Below the pieces are notes generated by a model that did no database searches, was not told where the DNA came from, and worked only from the letters and a program-made list of their open reading frames with translations. From Fidelibacterota bacterium (GTDB lineage: Bacteria; Fidelibacterota; Marinisomatia; Marinisomatales; TCS56): a stretch of DNA of 58,953 nt. Positions 55,079-58,953 of this stretch are shown here, piece by piece. The first letter of the stretch is position 1; every line of letters begins with the position of its first letter. Where the stretch lies: assembly GCA_013203115.1 (NCBI GenBank), contig JABMQW010000206.1:1-58953 (forward strand), given 5' to 3'. The position numbers and the translations under genes were made by a program.

Positions 55079-56512
55079 ATGTATCTTATCCTTGATCAGG
55101 GAACCTCTTCCACCAAAGTTTTTTTATTTGATAACGATTCCAAAATCCACTTCTCCAGCCGCCTGCCCCACCGCCTCAACCGGCCGGCCCCTGGTCACGC
55201 GGAGAGCGACCCCCTGACGATTCTGGAAAGCTGTTTCCGGTTGATTAAGGCAGCACTGGATTTCAGCCAGAAAACCGGCACCCCCATTCAATCAGCCGGG
55301 ATGGCAGTGCAGCGCTCCACTTTCATGTTCTGGGACAAGCAAACTGCCAAACCCCTGACGCCCGCGATCAGTTGGCAAGATACCAGGGCGGAAGCGGAAA
55401 CCCGGGAGCGGAAGCGCCACACCGACCTGATCCAGTCCCGTACAGGCACCCCACTCAGTGCTCATTTTGGCGGACCTAAATACATGCATCTAATCAGGCA
55501 AAACCCAGAACTTGCAAATCGGGTACAGAAAGGTTCGGTGTATTTCGGCCCTCTCAGCGCTTTTTTGTCACAGTCCCTGACGGGAGTACCGGCCGTGGAT
55601 CATTCGATTGCCGGGCGCTCCCTGTGCCTGAACTTGAATAAACCGGACTGGGATCCGGATTTATGCGAATTGTTTGAGATTGACCCGTCCGACCTGCCGC
55701 CGCTGCAGGCCACGATGGCTGATTACGGGACAATTTCAATTGACAATACCAGCTTACCCTTGCGCTGCGTGATCGGCGACCAGCAGGCGGCCCTGCTGGG
55801 CCAGGGTGGCTGGACATCCGGCGACCTGGCTTTAAATTTCGGAACTTCCGGATCAGTGATGCTGAATACCGGCCGGCAGCCTGGTTTAATCCCGGGATTA
55901 ATCGGCAGTGTACTCTATTCCTCTGAAAACGAATTGACCTATCTTTTGGAAGGTACGATCAATACCTGCAATACCCTATTCGACTGGTTAGAGCAGGATC
56001 TGCAGATTCCGGTTCACCGGCGGAAATGGGATAAGCTCTGCCAGCAAACCACTACTACCGGCGTGGTAGTGCCCGGTTATTGCGGTCTGGCCGCCCCTTA
56101 CTGGCGCGATCGTTTTAAAACTGTGATCAGTGCAATAGATCCGGCCGATACCGACCAGATAATACGGGCGGCAGTGGAATCGATTGGTTTTTTCACCCAC
56201 GATATTATCACCCTGATACGCCGCCATTTGCCAGTTGAATTACACTCAATCACCGCCAGTGGCGGACTCAGCCGCACTTCGCTGCTACAATTCATTGCCG
56301 ACCTGCTGAATTCGGCTGTGGGCCATACCAGAATGAAAGATCATACCGCCCTGGGAGTGCTGCAGTTATTGCAAAAAGCGGATGGCTACCCGGTTGAAAA
56401 GCAAACCTTTGATCGCCTCTATGAACCATCCATGGCCGCCGCTGAGCGCCGAACTAAGATCGCGGCCTGGCAGGGAGCCTTGCGACAAGCAGGAATTGAG
56501 CCTGTGGAATAA
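55079..56512 (+). CDS. FGGY-family carbohydrate kinase (divergent glycerol-kinase-like)
   Basis: N-terminal MYLILDQGTSSTKVFLFD (actin-fold phosphate-1 motif), followed by AISWQDTR, GDQQAALLGQG and GGLSRTS. The ATG at 55079 is preferred over the track start at 55022. Confidence 0.85.
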   Translation: MYLILDQGTSSTKVFLFDNDSKIHFSSRLPHRLNRPAPGHAESDPLTILESCFRLIKAALDFSQKTGTPIQSAGMAVQRSTFMFWDKQTAKPLTPAISWQDTRAEAETRERKRHTDLIQSRTGTPLSAHFGGPKYMHLIRQNPELANRVQKGSVYFGPLSAFLSQSLTGVPAVDHSIAGRSLCLNLNKPDWDPDLCELFEIDPSDLPPLQATMADYGTISIDNTSLPLRCVIGDQQAALLGQGGWTSGDLALNFGTSGSVMLNTGRQPGLIPGLIGSVLYSSENELTYLLEGTINTCNTLFDWLEQDLQIPVHRRKWDKLCQQTTTTGVVVPGYCGLAAPYWRDRFKTVISAIDPADTDQIIRAAVESIGFFTHDIITLIRRHLPVELHSITASGGLSRTSLLQFIADLLNSAVGHTRMKDHTALGVLQLLQKADGYPVEKQTFDRLYEPSMAAAERRTKIAAWQGALRQAGIEPVE

Positions 56513-56573
56513 AATGAGGCTGTGCTATTGTTTTTTACTGTTCCCGAATTGCTCCCAAAACTTTGAACCGTTT

Positions 56574-56611
56574 TACCCAACAATACTGTTGTACAACAAT
56601 ATTGTTGGGTA
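56574..56611 (+). terminator. Long perfect hairpin between convergent genes (terminator of the FGGY kinase gene, possibly bidirectional)
   Basis: 12-bp perfect stem tacccaacaata (56574-56585) / tattgttgggta (56600-56611). The 14-nt loop can itself pair (ttgt/acaa). It is followed by the T-rich tail atcttttactttactttg. Confidence 0.65.
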
Positions 56612-56643
56612 ATCTTTTACTTTACTTTGAGAATAAGGAAAAA

Positions 56644-58953
56644 TTACCGCAACAAAACCAGCTTCTGCGTCTGCACGGAGCTGCCGGCCTGCATTCGGCA
56701 GATGTACAACCCCGAGCTCATCAGCCGACCGGATTGATCCAGGCCATTCCAGGTAACCGTTTTGATTCCCGGGTTTTGCAGTGCATTTACCAAAACATTT
56801 ATCTCTCGGCCCTGTAGATCGTAAATCGAAACGGTAACCGCTACCTGTTCCGGTAATTCATAACGCAGATGGGTTCGTGGATTAAAGGGGTTGGGGTAAT
56901 TCTGGTGGAGGAGACAGGTAACAGGAATATCCGGTTCCCCGGTGACACTTACGCAAGGGAGACAATCCGGGAAATAAAACTGGGGATCGCTGTTCAGCAG
57001 GTTTTGACTTGAATCCGTAAAGCTAGCGGTCCACACCGGCAGGGTCTGGGGATCATCACCGGTCTGCATTGTCTGCCAGGCTTCATCGGTCAGGCGGTCA
57101 TTAGCCGGCCAGGCAAATTCGTAATAGGAGAAAATACCACCACGAGTTACCACCAGTTCACCACCGATTTCAACAATAACATAGATGTTCAATGGATAGC
57201 CCACACCTTCTTCCAAAACGACCATGTTTATTAGATCAGTATGCACATCGGCAATCACGGCCATGGTTTCATCGACATCGGCTTCAATGCCCAGGGAAAC
57301 GGGAAATGAGACCAGATTTTCCAACGCTGAACCGATATTAACAATCAACAACTGCTCTTCATTAGAAAGCGGTTGCTCGGTCAATTCCTTTTCTGAGATT
57401 GTTTTCAGATTCAGCAGTAGCTCACTCAGATCGGTGTAGCGCCAATCAAATTCAGCGAAATACAGTCCACGACTGGCCAGACCGGTAGCGATAAAATCGG
57501 TCAGGGCCGCCAGACGGGCATAGAGAAATGGGTTGGGCTCCACATAGCCAGCGACGAACGGAGCGAGGGGCATCTGGCCGACCCAGCTCCCGCTCTGCTT
57601 GGCATAGAGAATCGTATCGTGGCGCAGCTCACCCCAGGAGGCCAGGGCCGTAAACAATTCCTTGTCGCTCCAAGCCTGATTCTGCATGAAAGTGGGATAA
57701 CCGGCGCCTTTGGGAAACAACAGGGGCATCAATGAATACAGCCAGTTCCAATACAGATTCTGCGCCCAGGTTTCAGCCGGAAGACCGACAAATTGAAGCT
57801 GCAGAGAATCCATGGCAGCAACGTAATAAGGATTAGCGGTTTCATTGTAATGATCCCCTAATATCTGCCAGGCTCGCTGAGAGCCCAGTACGGTCATTAT
57901 ATCAAGCCCTTTCGGCAGCCAACGGCCATCAACATATGGCATCACCAGTCGCCCCAACATGTAAGAATCGGGAATATAGCGCTGGCCCATCAGGCGGAAG
58001 CCCTTACCAGCCCAGGCGTTGATCTCCGGCCAGGGCAGGGCAGCGGCCAGGGTCCGGAATTGAGCTAAAGCCGTTTCATCGGCAAAGATATCCACGGACT
58101 GCTGCCAGCAATCACTGCCGTAAACCTGTTCCATAACGCCGATATAGTCAAAAATAGTCAGGTCGTCAGCCCTACCCACAAAGAAAACAGTGGGGGCATA
58201 GATCCGTTCCCAGACCGTCATGAGCGGTTCGTCGGCGATGGTAATATTCTGCAGGGCATGGACCAATAGCAGTGCCTGACGGGTATGTTCTTTAATGATA
58301 TCCTCATTAAGGAACATTTTTTCAAGGTAGAAAGTGATCCGGCCGTACCACATCATGGCCCGGAAATAGCGCCTGAAATCGTCATTACGAGTATAATGTC
58401 CCCGCGGTACATACTGACTGTAATCCTCACCATAATTAAAAATAGGTGATAGGGCCTGTCCGGCGTGAGCCGTGATCAGATCAATTTCGGCTTGGACTAG
58501 ACTCTGAACGGCGGCCGGAACCGCGAATGAACTGTCCAGTAAAACGGCTGCCACGGAAGTATATGCCAGATTCTTCAGGGCTGCCTGCCCCAGAGTCGAA
58601 TCGGTTATGGCGGAATAATGTTCCTGGGCCTTAGAAAACAGTGCGGTCGCCAAATTATCGAGATCCGGTATGAATTGCTCCATTTCCATTATCCGAAGGG
58701 TATAGTCGTATAAAACATGAAAAGTGTGCAACACGGCATCGGTGGTAACAAAAATCGGCGTAGCCTGATCACGGCATTCATAGTAAATATCGTAAATCTG
58801 GCAGTAACCGGTACCGTATTGGGAATTGGGCTGGAAACGGATCATAAAAGCATTCTGGTGCAAAAGAGAATCATCAGCGGCCGAGAAGGTGAAATCAGTA
58901 TAATTGGACACATTGCTGAAATCTGCTGCCACTGTATAGGGTGTCAGCGATGG
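56644..58953 (-). CDS. Secreted protein with a T9SS type-A C-terminal sorting domain (body resembles the DUF3160 family); the 5' end probably lies beyond the window
   Basis: The reading frame is open to the last base of the window; the track's GTG at 58932 is only a candidate start. C-terminus: NYPNPFNPRTHLRYELPEQVAVTVSIYDLQGREINVLV...SGLYICRMQAGSSVQTQKLVLLR. The DUF3160 assignment is from memory of family motifs (TTDAVLHTFHVLYDY), not from a search. Confidence 0.7.
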   Translation of the reverse strand, partial: PSLTPYTVAADFSNVSNYTDFTFSAADDSLLHQNAFMIRFQPNSQYGTGYCQIYDIYYECRDQATPIFVTTDAVLHTFHVLYDYTLRIMEMEQFIPDLDNLATALFSKAQEHYSAITDSTLGQAALKNLAYTSVAAVLLDSSFAVPAAVQSLVQAEIDLITAHAGQALSPIFNYGEDYSQYVPRGHYTRNDDFRRYFRAMMWYGRITFYLEKMFLNEDIIKEHTRQALLLVHALQNITIADEPLMTVWERIYAPTVFFVGRADDLTIFDYIGVMEQVYGSDCWQQSVDIFADETALAQFRTLAAALPWPEINAWAGKGFRLMGQRYIPDSYMLGRLVMPYVDGRWLPKGLDIMTVLGSQRAWQILGDHYNETANPYYVAAMDSLQLQFVGLPAETWAQNLYWNWLYSLMPLLFPKGAGYPTFMQNQAWSDKELFTALASWGELRHDTILYAKQSGSWVGQMPLAPFVAGYVEPNPFLYARLAALTDFIATGLASRGLYFAEFDWRYTDLSELLLNLKTISEKELTEQPLSNEEQLLIVNIGSALENLVSFPVSLGIEADVDETMAVIADVHTDLINMVVLEEGVGYPLNIYVIVEIGGELVVTRGGIFSYYEFAWPANDRLTDEAWQTMQTGDDPQTLPVWTASFTDSSQNLLNSDPQFYFPDCLPCVSVTGEPDIPVTCLLHQNYPNPFNPRTHLRYELPEQVAVTVSIYDLQGREINVLVNALQNPGIKTVTWNGLDQSGRLMSSGLYICRMQAGSSVQTQKLVLLR

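Overview
This 58.9-kb chromosomal window looks like an uncultured bacterium of the FCB superphylum. That placement is inferred from two proteins ending in T9SS type-A C-terminal sorting domains; no rRNA or tRNA is present to confirm it. About one third of the window is a single uninterrupted 19,065-nt ORF (2486-21550, minus strand) encoding a 6,354-aa secreted mosaic protein. Its order is: signal anchor, FN3 domains alternating with 7-8 right-handed beta-helix modules, an Ig-like (Big) array containing near-identical 774-nt tandem repeats, then a T9SS sorting domain. Four small envelope genes sit directly upstream on the same strand with no visible terminator: a FlgT/LPP20-like protein, an LPP20-like protein, a TlpA-type thioredoxin and a CsgG/FlgO-like protein. 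A TPR+SLH lipoprotein gene is divergent from that cluster. A strong intrinsic terminator follows the giant ORF, then a FecR-domain gene and a CHASE2 adenylate/guanylate cyclase that runs off the window edge. The rest is mostly housekeeping: class V aminotransferase, ligA, PAP2 phosphatase, a YadGH-like ABC-2 exporter, NPP phosphodiesterase, pcm, ubiE, HAD hydrolases, an M24 peptidase, an acyl-CoA carboxyltransferase plus a B12-binding mutase subunit, dtd, dnaE, an OM beta-barrel protein and an FGGY kinase. The last gene is a second T9SS-sorted protein. The one clearly accessory spot lies between dnaE and the OM barrel gene. It holds an HTH/Fic pair ('mobile mystery protein A/B' type) inside two hairpin-dense non-coding islands (about 700 and 640 bp). 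The pair is bracketed by two copies of an 87-nt structured repeat whose 59-nt palindromic core has an attC-like organisation. No CRISPR array, rRNA, tRNA, transposase or integrase was found. All calls come from reading the ORF translations and the nucleotide sequence by eye; no database search was run.
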